From the NCBI RefSeq assembly GCF_009914755.1, contig NC_060934.1: a stretch of 64,000 nucleotides of DNA; one strand, written 5' to 3'. The number at the start of each line of letters is the position of its first letter. Position 1 is the stretch's first letter. This document shows positions 26,958 to 38,733 of the stretch, in pieces. Under the pieces are notes generated by a model that saw only the letters and a program-made list of their open reading frames with translations, did not search any database and was not told where the DNA came from. The DNA is from the human T2T-CHM13v2.0 reference genome, Homo sapiens. Position numbers and translations under genes: made by a program.

Positions 26958-27258
26958 GCAGTGGCTCATGCCTGTAATCCCAGCACTTTAGGAGGCCGAG
27001 GCAGGAGGGTCATGAGGTCAGGAGATCGAGACCATCCTAGCTAACATGGTGAAACCCCATCTCTACTAAAAATACAAAAAATTAGCCGGGTTTGGTGGCG
27101 GGTGCCTGTAGTCCCAGCTGCTCAGGAGGCTGAGGCAGGAGAATGGCGTGAACCTGGGAGGCGGAGCTTGCAGTGAGTGGAGATCATGCCACTCCACTCC
27201 AGCCTGGGCGACAGAGCAAGACTCCATCTCAAAAATAAATAACTAAATAAAATAAAAT
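26958..27258 (+). mobile_element. AluY, lacking the first few 5' bases
   Basis: GAATGGCGTGAACCTGGGAGGCGGAGCTTGCAG AluY diagnostics. Confidence 0.93.
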
Positions 27259-27557
27259 CAGTAATAATAGAAGAGTTGCCTTTACCAAACTTTTTGAAAG
27301 CAATAAGGAAATGAATTAGTTCTATTATGCAACCTAGGTAATAGAATAAATCAAAAGTAGGGGAGTGAAATATTATCTTTCTTGGCATCATGTGTTGGAA
27401 AATGTGAAATATGTAAGTTAGTGTGAGCAAAGAGCTGGACCAGAGAAAGAAGGAAATGGCATAGCATATCAAGGAGTCTTTGATGGCCTCAGCAGAAGAC
27501 AATACAACAGAGGAGGAGAAAAACAAATAAAAATAAGCAAGAGTTCATGAGCATGTA

Positions 27558-27757
27558 TCATTCTTATGCCTTTGTGTCCTCATAGCTTAGTTCCCACATA
27601 TTGGGTGATGGGTGCACCAGGATCTCACCAATCACCACTAAAGAACATACTCATGTAACCAAATACCACCTGTACCCCAAAAAGCTATGGGAAAATAACA
27701 AAAATAATAAAAAGTAAATACATAAATAAAATAAAAATATACTTCATAAAGAAAACA
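27558..27757 (+). mobile_element. 5'-truncated, 5'-inverted (twin-primed) L1PB 3'UTR stub
   Basis: 27558-27601 is the reverse complement of L1PB ATATGTGGGA-CTAAGCTATGAGGAC-CAAAGGCATAAGAATGA. From 27602 comes the forward 3' end TGGGTGATGGGTGCACC...TACCCCAAAA, then an A-rich tail. Perfect 19-bp TSD AAGAGTTCATGAGCATGTA at 27539-27557 and 27758-27776. Confidence 0.88.
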
Positions 27758-29391
27758 AAGAGTTCATGAGCATGTAAGATGCCCCTTGGAGACTTCAATA
27801 ACTGTTTGGATTGAGCTACATTTTTGTAACCTTTTAGCCTGATAGTGTAAGTGATACATACAGCATAGAAAAAATAGAAAAGGCACAAATTAAAGCAAAT
27901 ATAATTCATGTGTGAGCTCATCAAAATCAGGAAGAATTAGAGGAAAGTGGAGTTCTTGTAGGTGAGCACAACAAAAAACTATAACCATAACAAAATTATG
28001 TTATTACTGCTATTGTGATCTCAGCTTACCCCTGAACAGGATAGTCTTGTTAATTTTGTAGGATCACATTAGTATACCACAGACATGAATGTATACCATA
28101 GATATGGATACATAGGGATGTCTTATGACTCCCTCATTAAATAAGCCATTTTCTCCTAATTCTTACAAGTCAACTTTTCCTGTCACTTGTATATTTGCAA
28201 ATCTAGGCAATGACATCCCTTGAAACATGGAATCATCAGGCCAACAAAACATCTAGACAGCATCAGATGTATTTGCTCTTCTCTTGGCTTATTTTCTATT
28301 TCCTGGAATTTCTTTAATACATACTATAGCAGTTTACCTCCTTCAGAAGCAATCAACATAGTGATTAATATTGACCTATGGAATACAATTTCATATCATT
28401 AACAGAGTGAAATCAACATCAGTAGCAAAATGATGCATATTTTAAGCATGATTTGGCCCCATTTCAACAGTATTTAGTATACTATTATACCTGAAGTTTT
28501 GTCATTTTCTCAGAAAATTGAATGTTCTAGAGTGATACTGTCTCCATTTATTATTGCTTTACCTAATATTCATGTCTACAATGCCATCAGATAGTAACCT
28601 AAATATTGTACCATGACAGTACAATACAACTGAGAAAAGCTTGATGCCATGGTATTAAAGGCAAAATTGATTATAAGACATTACAAAAGAAAGTATCCTT
28701 TATTCAAAAATTTTAGAGTACAAATTGATTAGAGATTTGAGCTGAACATTCTGTGACAGAGTGAGCTCCAGATCCTTAATCAGTTTCTGAATATTTGAAT
28801 CTCAACAAATTGCACATTCCCTGACACATGATAGATATTCAAGAAATGCATATTGAATAAATGACTGAATGAATCCTCTAGTTTTGAGAATGCAATAGAG
28901 CTGCAAAGATCTACTTTCCCCAACCTCTGTAAGATGAGCCATGAATAATAGAATCAGATTACTGGAAGTTATTAGGTAACTGCTCTTTTGCTGACATCGG
29001 TCACATGGGATCTGTCCAGGTGGTCTTCCTGTTCATTCTGTATCTCTCTGTTCAATCTACATATTAATCATCATTCCCACCATCTCACTTCTGACTCCTT
29101 TTCCCAAAGCTCTTCATTCTTACTGTAAGTCCTGTGGATTTCAATTTCTTCTCCTGACTTTCAAGATTTTTCATGATCTGTGGCCTACTGAAGCTCCTTC
29201 CCTATTGTTCTCTTTCCCTTGTCTTTATCCTGTTTCTGCTGGAAATACTCATGGTTTCCTGATCCATCAACATTCAACAATCATTTCCACCTCTGTGATT
29301 TATGCCATCAAGTTCTCCATGCTGCAAATATTCTTTGCTCCCTTCTCCCCTTTCTAATCCCACTCAGTCTTTGATATCTGGACTCAGGCCC

Positions 29392-31819
29392 TGTTATGGT
29401 TTGAATATGTCCCCCCAAAAGCATGTGTTGAAAACTTAGTTCCCCAGTGCCACAGTGTTGGAAGATGTGGGCTACTAGGAGGGATCAGGTCACAAAGACT
29501 CCCCCCTCATGAATAGATAACTGACAATTATAAAAGGGCTTGGTGCTATGAGTTTGATGTCTTGCTCTCTCACTCTCTCTTGCCTTTCTGCCATGAGATG
29601 AAATGGGAAGAAGGCCCTTGCCAGTTGCTGCTACCTTAATATTAGACATTCCAGCCTCCAGAACCGTGACAAATAATTTTCTTTATAAATTACCACGTCT
29701 TTGGAATTCTGTTATAGCAACACAAAACAAAGACAGAAGTCTGATACCAGAAATGGAGCTGTTGCTATCATAAACACCTGAAAATGAGGAAGCAGTTTTG
29801 GAACTCGATAATGGGTAATTTGGAGAAGCAGGTTATAAGAAGCCTATACTGTCATGGATGGAGCCATAAGGGCCATTCTGGTGAGGGCTCAGGAGAGACG
29901 AGTTGTAGAAACTCTGAAATTTCTTAAAGATTACTTAAGTGATTGGGATCAGAATATTGATAGAATTACAGATAGTAAGGCCATTCTGATGAGGTCTCAG
30001 ATAGAAATGAGGAATAAGATATTGGAAACTGGAGTAAAGGGCATCGTTTTTACACAGTTGCAAAGAACTTGGAGGAATTGCCTCCATATCCAGGGACTTT
30101 GTGAAATGCCGAACTCAATGGTGATGAACTAGAAGAAATATCTAAGTGGCAAAGCATCCAAGATACTGCGTGGCTTCTTTGGCTGCTTACAGAAAAATAA
30201 GAGAAAATAGAAATGCCTTAAAGATGGAATTTATAATTATAAGGGAAGCAGATATGAAAGGTTTGGAAAATTTGCAGCCTAGTTATGTAAAGAATAAAAC
30301 GATGTGTTTAGGAGAACAAACCATGAGTGTGGCCAAGCAAGTTTGCTAAGAAGATTAGTATGGCTAGAAGAAAGCTAGATTCCATTCATCAAGAAAACAA
30401 GAGAATAAACCTGATAACCCTTCAGAGATTTGAGGCAAGCCAGAATCTTGAAGGCAAGTCTTCCCCACAGAGGTGCCAGCAGAACCTCGGGATCTGCTGC
30501 CCCGGCACCATCTTGTCTCTATTCCCTGCATTCCAGCATCATGCTTTTCAGCCACCCCAGCTTTGGCTCAAATGGGCCTAGATGTGGCTTGTGCCACTAC
30601 TCTGGAAGCAAATCCTTAAACCATGGCAGCATCCACATGGTGCTCACTCTGCAGATGTACTGAATGTACAACCTGTGGGGTCACAGCTGCCTCTATCTGG
30701 ATTCCAAAGGATGTCACTGACAGCCTAGGGGCCCAGGAAAAATTTGTCACAGGGGTAGAGCCGCTGCCCAAAGGATGTCACTGACAGCCTGGGGCCCAGG
30801 CAAAGACTTGTCACAGGGGCAGAGCCACTGCAAAGATCTCCTCCTTGGGTAATGCTGAGCAAAATGTGGGGGCAGAGCTGCTACAGAGATTCCCCCACTA
30901 ATGCAATGCCTAGTAGAGCCATGGCAGCAAAGCCATCTCACAGACCCCAGAACTATAGGTCCACCAGCATGCAACTGTAACCTGGGAAAGAAGCAAGTAT
31001 GAGACTTCATCCATTGCAAGGTACTGAGTACACCACACCCAAAAAAACCATAGGGATGGGGCTGCCTGAGGCCTTGGGATCCAGTCCCTGCCCGTGTGCC
31101 CAGGATGCAAGACATGAAATCAAAGGAGATGATTTTCCAGCTTTAAGACTTAACACTATTTCTCTTGTTGGGTTGTGGACTTACTTGGGACCAGTTATCC
31201 CTTTCTTCTTACCTATTTATCACTTTTAGAATGGGAATGTCTATCCTATGACTGTCCTGCCATTGTATTTTGGAAGCACACAAATTGTTTTGATTTCACA
31301 GGCTCACAGATGAAGAAAATTTGCCTCGGGATGAATCCTTCCTTGAGGCTTCCCCATATCTGATTTATATGAGACTTTGGACTTTTGAGTGGGCACTGAA
31401 ATGAGTTAAGACTTTGGGGCTATTGGGATGGAATGGACGTATTTTGCATGTAAGAAAGACATGCATTGTTGGGGTCAGGGAAAGAATGCTATGGCTTGAA
31501 TTTCTCAGAAAACCATGTCAGAAACGTAATCCTCAATGCAACTCTAATGGGAGGATTTAGGTCTTGAGGGGTTCACCTTCATAAATAGATTACTACCAAT
31601 GATAAAAGGGCTTGAGGCTACAAGTTTGATCTCGTTTTCTCATGCTTTTTTGCCTTTCTGCCTTCCACCATGGGATGACGCACCAAGAAGGCCCTCACCA
31701 GATGCCTGTACACCGATATTGGACTTCTCAATCCTCAGAACTGTGAAACTAATCCTTTTTATTTATAAATTACCCAGTCTGTGTTATTCTGTTACAGCAA
31801 CACAAAATGGACTAGGACA
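29392..31819 (+). mobile_element. Full-length MaLR provirus, MST family (MSTC/MSTD-like): 5'LTR 29392-29735, internal 29736-31486, 3'LTR 31487-31819
   Basis: Two related LTRs (TG(T/C)TATGG...TTATAAAT TACC...CTGTTA(T/C)AGCAACACAAAA...ACA) around an MST-int-like interior; polypurine tract GGGGTCAGGGAAAGAA before the 3'LTR; TSD GGCCC/GGACC. Confidence 0.9.
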
Positions 31820-34186
31820 GGACCTGTGTGAACTTTTTGAACTACTGATCTTTTATTGATCTCTTATTCATTCACTGTTAACTTATTATGTGCAAGATAC
31901 AAAGTCACTAGCTGGCAGAGATGCAAATATCAGTATGACACAGGTCTGGGTTTTTAAATTCTTATATTTCAGAAGAAAAGGTCAACATGTAAATAATTAC
32001 AATGTGAAGAGATAAGCACAAACCTGAGTGTGTACAGACCGCTATGGGAAATACATTTGTAACTCTTACGGTCTTTATCTCATACTTGAGAATGCATTGT
32101 ACATTTATTGTCTTTGTCATTTTCAGATGTTGTATAAGTATTCAACACATTTCCGTTTTTCAACTTTTCTCTTAAATGTGTACACAGAACTGAACACATT
32201 GCTGAAATTCCGTTCTTTGATTACAAAACTGAAGGTTAAACCTTATGATTTCAGTGGCCTTTCAGCCTGTGCATCTCCCAATTGCAGATGTATTCTCATT
32301 TCACCCAGCAAATGAATCCATATTTCTAATCCATAGGCCTCCAAAGACTTTAATATTTATGAAAAATGCATCATTTCTATATCAGTACAAACCAATTAGT
32401 AAATAACTTGTTTTTGAAAGGATTATAGTATTATAAAAGCTTACAATCTAAACAGACATATATTGATATAAAGAGAGACTATATATCTCTATGGACCTTT
32501 TCCTGTCTAATCTCACTCCATGCTTTCTTCCCCTGGGCTTTGACTTTGACGTTCTTTATGTGAAGAAGATTGTCTCAAAGAGTGGACAGAATTGGGACCC
32601 CCTTTGGTCCCAGTCTTACTTCTTTCACTAACTTGGCAAAAGTGGCATCCAGAAGCCACATAATCATTCACTATTTCTATTTCTTCCCTTTAGAAGGAGA
32701 TGAATTGTATATATCTTGTTGACTTCAGTGAAGATCACGTGTAACTTTTACATGTGATAATAAATATGCAGTGCCTGGCATATAGCTATCATTTAAGTGG
32801 TAAGTATCATTTTTTATTAATACATTGTACATTTTACACATGTATTTTTATCCTCTAGTAACTTAGTTTTACTCATTAATCATGTCTTTCTGAATCATCT
32901 CTAAGATCTTAGAGGGCAAGAAAAATAAAAACATGTAAAAATATTTTTGTCCTTCAAGTGTCTGGGTGCATATTAATAAATACTAAATACATGCAAAGTT
33001 AATGAATAAATATATGAATAAATACAGTGCTTGCTCTGGGCCCCACTTAAATAATGAATAGGTAACACCGAACCTCAAGAATCTTATGGGTTAATGGTTC
33101 TATAACCATGGATTCTGACTTCCTATGAAGACAATAAATTTTATAGAAATCCCTAAGAAAATAATTTGTTTTTTATTAAAGCTAAAATGGAAAGAAATAA
33201 GCCAAATAATATTAAGAATTTACTCATTTCACAAAGAATGGATGCTTCTTGATGTTGGAATAAAAGACTTTAGCTGATATAACCCTTTATTAAATATTGT
33301 TTCTAAAGCTATCAGATTTAGACAAGGTGTTTGAAATTAAGTTTGGTGTGGAAATAAGAGGAAGTACATTAACCTAGCTAATTCTTTTTCAATTTTATGC
33401 TAGAAGAATACAAATTATTTTTATCAAAATTAGTGTTCATAGTACTGGTTCTTTGATGTCAATATCAGCTCAGCTGCCCTCCCAAAGCACAAAGTCAGTG
33501 CAGGGGCTCAGAGGTTTGTATTTCCCACTCAATTATCTCCAAGAAAGATATATAAAGACATATTTGCACGAGTCTAAGATATATTTGCATAAGTCTATAT
33601 CTCTAAGGAAGATATATAAATATATATTTGCATGAGTCTAAGACACCAGATCAAGGGAAAGAAACTGAGGGCCATCTGCTTTTCATATTTTATTCTAGTG
33701 GGCAATAGGCTTTAGAATGGCAGCTAATTTCTCATTGTAGTCCACAGGGCACACTTGCTATTAAATGAAAATGGTAAACTGGTATATAGAAAATATTCAG
33801 TAAATCATAGGTAATGTCTTATCTAAACTTCAAATCAGACCTATTGAAGAAGGTGTTATTATTCTTATTTTGTAGATAATGGAATGGAGACTCATACATC
33901 TTATAAATCTGGTGTCATATAGACCTAGATTTGAAACATGGCTTTGCCAATTTCTAACTCTGTATCTTTGGGTAAAGTGTGTCCTCTCTCTACTACACCA
34001 CCTGTGCATTCTCCCCTCCAACAGCTAACTTCAGTGGAACTCATATTTTGTGGAACTTCCTCATTCATGATCTGATCTTTATTCTTGGACTATACAGGCT
34101 AGACATTGATTAGTACTGAGCTTTCTTCAACTTTACTCCTTTCATATCAGATGCATTCAGATGCATAGCCTAGCTCTCACATTATT

Positions 34187-34487
34187 TTTATTTTTTTTTT
34201 TTTTTTGAGACAGAGTCTCACTCTGTCACCCAGGCTGGAGTGTAGCGGTACAATCTCCACTCACTGCAAGCTCCGTCTCCTGAGTTCACACCATTCTTCT
34301 GCCTCAGCCTCCCAAGTAGCTAGGACTACAGGTGCCTGCCACCACGCTCAGCTAATTTTTTGTATTTTTAGTAGAAACGGGGTTTCACCGTATTAGCCAG
34401 GATGGTCTCGATCTCCTGACCTCGTGATCCACCCGCCTCGGCCTCCCAGTGTTCTGGGATTACAGGTGTGAGCCACTGCGCCCGGCT
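34187..34487 (-). mobile_element. AluY
   Basis: TGCAAGCTCCG, CACCATTCT and TTAGCCAGGATGGTCTCGATCTCCTGACCTCGTG diagnostics; TSD GCTCTCACATT. Confidence 0.93.
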
Positions 34488-37009
34488 GCTCTCACATTGT
34501 TAGTGCCAAGGGAATTTAGAGCTTATTGTTTTGCTTATACATGGCTTAAACTCGTGAGCCAGGGAAGTATACTAACTTTTCATAAATGATTTGTCTTTTT
34601 GATAAAATTTCACTTGATAATTCAGAAAACTACAGGACACCTTCAGTAGATCAGAGCCAAATACTACACAAACTTTTTTACAGTCTTTTCAGATCATCAA
34701 GCTGAATAATGAATCTGAAGTTTCCTGATGTCTTTTTTGCCTTGAAGTTTAAATTAGATGTGATATCCCTTGGGTACCATTCAAAAGAGTTCTAATGACA
34801 GTGTAAAAATATTGAAAGAAACTAAATGAGATACTCTTATTTAAATATACATGACTATATATGTACTACCTTAACTTCATTGAAATGAAAAGGAAAGAGC
34901 TAACTTCAATGTTAATATCATTCTCCAACTGCCTGACTTTATATATAAATGCCAATAATTTGAAGGTTTTGCAAGATGGACATTTATAATTACTGCAGAT
35001 TTCATTAGCTAAAAAGCCAAAATTAGAAGGCAAAAATTAGATTTTAATGAACGATTCTTAGGAAGGATGTCATGAATTGGTTTCTGGAGAATATAATTAT
35101 GACTTAAAAATCAAGTATATTAAATGAGTCCAGGAAAGGACTAGATAGAGTAAAGATTAAAATAACTTCAAAGGCAGGCCCCTCTTGAACCACTCTTCCC
35201 AACCCCTGGGGGAAAATAAAGTAGAAAGAAAAGAAATAAGAGAGAATAATAAATGTGTGTTTTAAAAATGGAATTTGTACTTTAATGCTTTATAGTTGAT
35301 GGGAAATATTTGAGTTGACAATTTTTACAGTTGTGATTTAACACAGTAAATTAAAGGCTTTTGTAGCGAGTAAATAGATTCACAGTGATTGGTGCTGAAA
35401 TTCAATGGCCTTCCACAGGTTATTGTCCAAATTCTGCCTTGTCAGACTTCATGAATCCAGTGCCATCTTCGGAGCAGTTAATGACCAAGATAAATTGAAG
35501 GTATGAGTTTTCCAATGCAGCCTGGGAAGAGATCTGCTGCTGATGATGATAGAAATAATAAGAACAAGTAATATTGCTTTTATAGCCAAATGCATAGAGC
35601 AGTTTTCCATGCCATGCAGTGTGCTAAACATTCTATATACATAAAATGTATTTACTTGAAGAGATGATTTAACAGGGAGGTTTAAGAGTCAAAATATAAG
35701 AAAAACCTTCCCTCACAGTCTTGGTTTATTTCTAGTAAGTATTGTGTATTGTGTCATAATAGTTTCACATCAGTTCAAGCTGCAGGTTCATTTATATTTT
35801 TAAAATAATAAATAATTTAAAAAAGTAAAAGGAAAAGAATGAGCTCCCTCTACTTAGTAGTAATCATTAAGTATTAGCATTTTATTGTAGAAGCTAACAC
35901 TTATAAGAAGTTCTGAAATCACTGTGTCTACCTAAGAGTATTGTGCATGCAATAGATCACAGAGAGCTAGTGTTAGTCTTGCAGGGGAGAAAGAATCATA
36001 ATTCAGTCTAGGTAGTGGTCCAGTAATTCTCAGTTGACACTTGTGGTCATCCATAACCCCTTCCTTTTGGCTAAAATTTATCTTCCTTTCTATGGTCTCA
36101 TTCTGAAATCTCTCTACCTCCTGCGATTTTTATTTTATAAATGAAACAAGGATAATTTGTATAGCTCTTTCTTTGTTTACAATTCTGTTGTGGGGGCAAC
36201 AATAGTAAATCATTTCAAAAATGGACTCTGCTCAATCGTTAGAGACATTTTGATCCTTCTGAAAATTTCATACTAGTTTGGTGTTATTGTTTTCATGAGA
36301 ATGCAAATTGTGCATATGTGTATGTGTGAGAGAGAGAAATGATGAATAAGGAATGGACTCATATAATTATAACAGGGAGATACAGCGAACACACTCACAG
36401 GCACATTTAAGGCCTCTGATACCTATCTTCTTTTTTTCTCTATTCCTCTGCAAATCTTAATTATAGAATAACAAGACTATTGCCTGTATTTGCTAAAGTA
36501 TTGTCTCTCCTGCCACAAAATATTTGCTAATACTGAGTCTTTACTACCTCCATCTCTATTGAAATGCAACTCGCTTTTTAGGAGTTAGCTGAAATGCCAC
36601 CATGTTTGTGAAGTCATCCATTACCAAGCTAATCACAATCCCCCCTCTTCTTCAAAAGCCTTAGAAATATCCTATGGAAACATTTTATATATTGTGATGC
36701 TATGTTAGTCATCCATTTTCTCTCTTACTACTTGAAAAATGCTTGAAGACAAGGTCCATGACTTCTGTCTTTATCCTCATTACTGCTCCTTGTTGAGAAC
36801 TCGGCATTTTGTACAAATTCAATAAATGCTATTGAATAGTGTGTGCCTGAAATGAAATTTAGGTCCTATAGAATTATCTACTTCAAGATCTCATTTAAAA
36901 ATAGTTCTTGCAAATAAGAATTCATTACTTGAGTTTATATACCTTAGGATTACCTTTTTTTTTTTTCAACCAACTCATTTCAAATAATATAAACTCTAGG
37001 ATTAAATGC

Positions 37010-37270
37010 AAACACTTTGCAATCAGATTACCTAGGTTCAAATCTCAATTCTGCTGCTAAATAACAGACAGCTTGGGCAAGTTACTTAACTTCCCTTTCC
37101 CTCAGTTTCTTCATCTGTAAAATGGACTTGATTATAATAATACTGATTATTATTACCCATCTTCTAGGGTCATTGTGATACTTAAATATAAGTACATGTA
37201 ATATAAATATATGTAAAGTGCTTAAAAAGTACCTACCAGCAATAGTGTATGCTGTGTAAATAAATAGTAA
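37010..37270 (+). mobile_element. MIR
   Basis: CCTAGGTTCAAATC...TTGGGCAAGTTACTTAACTT...CTCAGTTTCTTCATCTGTAAAATGG...GTAAAGTGCTTA. Confidence 0.85.
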
Positions 37271-37294
37271 CTATATTGCTCTCTGTTGGACAGA

Positions 37295-37480
37295 TGAGAG
37301 ATTTCAAACTGGCATCCACAGGCTGAACCTATTCTACAATTATGTTGTGTTCAGCCTAACACTGTTGGCATACACAATACTTTTGAATTTGTTGTCAATA
37401 TTTACAGAAGGATATTTTGCATAAAATCCAGATTTTCTAGATTCTCTTAGGAAAAAAAATGGATAAAACAGAGGTCTTTG
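37295..37480 (+). mobile_element. MER102-like hAT-Charlie fragment
   Basis: CAAACTGGC...TTGAATTTGTTGTCAATATTTA...CATAAAATCCAGATTTTCTAGATTCTCTT resembles recalled MER102. Confidence 0.6.
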
Positions 37481-37663
37481 TTTCTCAAAAGAAAAAAAAA
37501 TCAGCTGGAAGCGAGCAAATGATGCCTGCCTCATTTAGACAGGGCATGTGTTCTCTGGTGTTCTGGGATCCACAGCTGCTTGCTGCCTCCCTAATCCAGA
37601 GCCCACATGCCAACATGCTGTTCCTCACATCACAGCTTATCTAACGCACTCATCCAAGCTGTC

Positions 37664-38044
37664 TAGGTGGATGAGACTTCTACTGAATGTAGAAATTAAA
37701 TGTAGAAAATTTTTAAAAATTAAATTAAAAAATAATAATTCATGAGTATATGATAAGTCTCACCTATAACAAAAGCATACCTAACCTGTATGGTAGGTGG
37801 ATGAGTCTTCTACTGAAAGTTACAAATTATGTTAGTGCTATATTAATTAAAAATACTTTTTCAAGATATATTAAACATAGATAAACTGGATATTGCTTAG
37901 AAAAAAAGAAAAAAATTAAAATATTGCAGAGAAATGTCTTAGAAACATTCTACGGAATGTAGAAGGCTCTAAAATTAAAAAAAATAATAATTCATGAGTA
38001 TATGATAAGGCTCACCTATAACAAAAGAATACTTAACCTGTATG
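37664..38044 (+). repeat. Complex local duplication containing a templated insert of about 130 bp from 39677-39808
   Basis: Direct repeats 37664-37687/37794-37817 and about 37678-37792/37948-38044; 37818-37946 is similar to 39677-39808. Confidence 0.93.
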
Positions 38045-38252
38045 ATAAAGTCACTATTGCAACAACTATGATTTTGACCACCTCTGTTACTATTAGTCAG
38101 TGTTTATTGAGTAAACAGTATTTACCAGGTGCTATAATAAGCACTTAATATAAAGTATTTCTAGTACTTAATGAGAAATCTGCAAGTAGGTATTGTCAAT
38201 TTAGGTATAGTACCAGTGAGGAAACAGAGGTTCAGTGAAATATAGCTACTTC

Positions 38253-38733
38253 TGCTGGGTACTGTCCTGCAGACCCCAGCTGTACGACGGATGAATAACG
38301 TACTCAGACACTGATATTCAATGAAAGAGTGGGCTAGGGGGCCAGGCCACTGACTGAAAGAGTTGTAGCAGCCATGGCCCGGAATAGCTGGTCCTGCTGG
38401 CATTTATTCAGCACACATTAAATGACAAAGGCTTTGAGTCAACACCACTAGAGGGTAATTAACCCAGTCGCCCTCTCCCCAAGAGAGACATCCTACTCTC
38501 AAAAGATCAAAGGTTAGTTTTAGGACCACATGAGTAAACAAGCTATTTAGATAAACTCCCTTACATTCCTTTGTACCTACTTTAAGCTATTTACTCAAGG
38601 TGAAGATTAGACTGCCTTCAGCCAGATCTATGACTGAAGCTTATGCAACACCCCCAGGCTTCCAAGAAGGTTTGTGACTATTTCTTATAACTATCTTTAA
38701 AATGCTTCCCACCAGCCTGCCTGAACTCCCTCA
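38253..38733 (-). mobile_element. LTR22-family solo LTR (HERV-K HML-5) inserted into a MIR
   Basis: Minus strand TGAGGGAGTTCAGGCAGGCTGGTGGGAAG...CAAACCTTCTTGGAAG...GGGGTCTGCAGGACAGTACCCAGCA; 481 bp; TSD TACTTC/TACTTG; MIR continues on both sides. Confidence 0.8.

Noticed and set aside
29854-31859. Cluster of overlapping ORFs
   Set aside because: Chance or decayed frames in the MST internal region and LTR; no intact retroviral gene.
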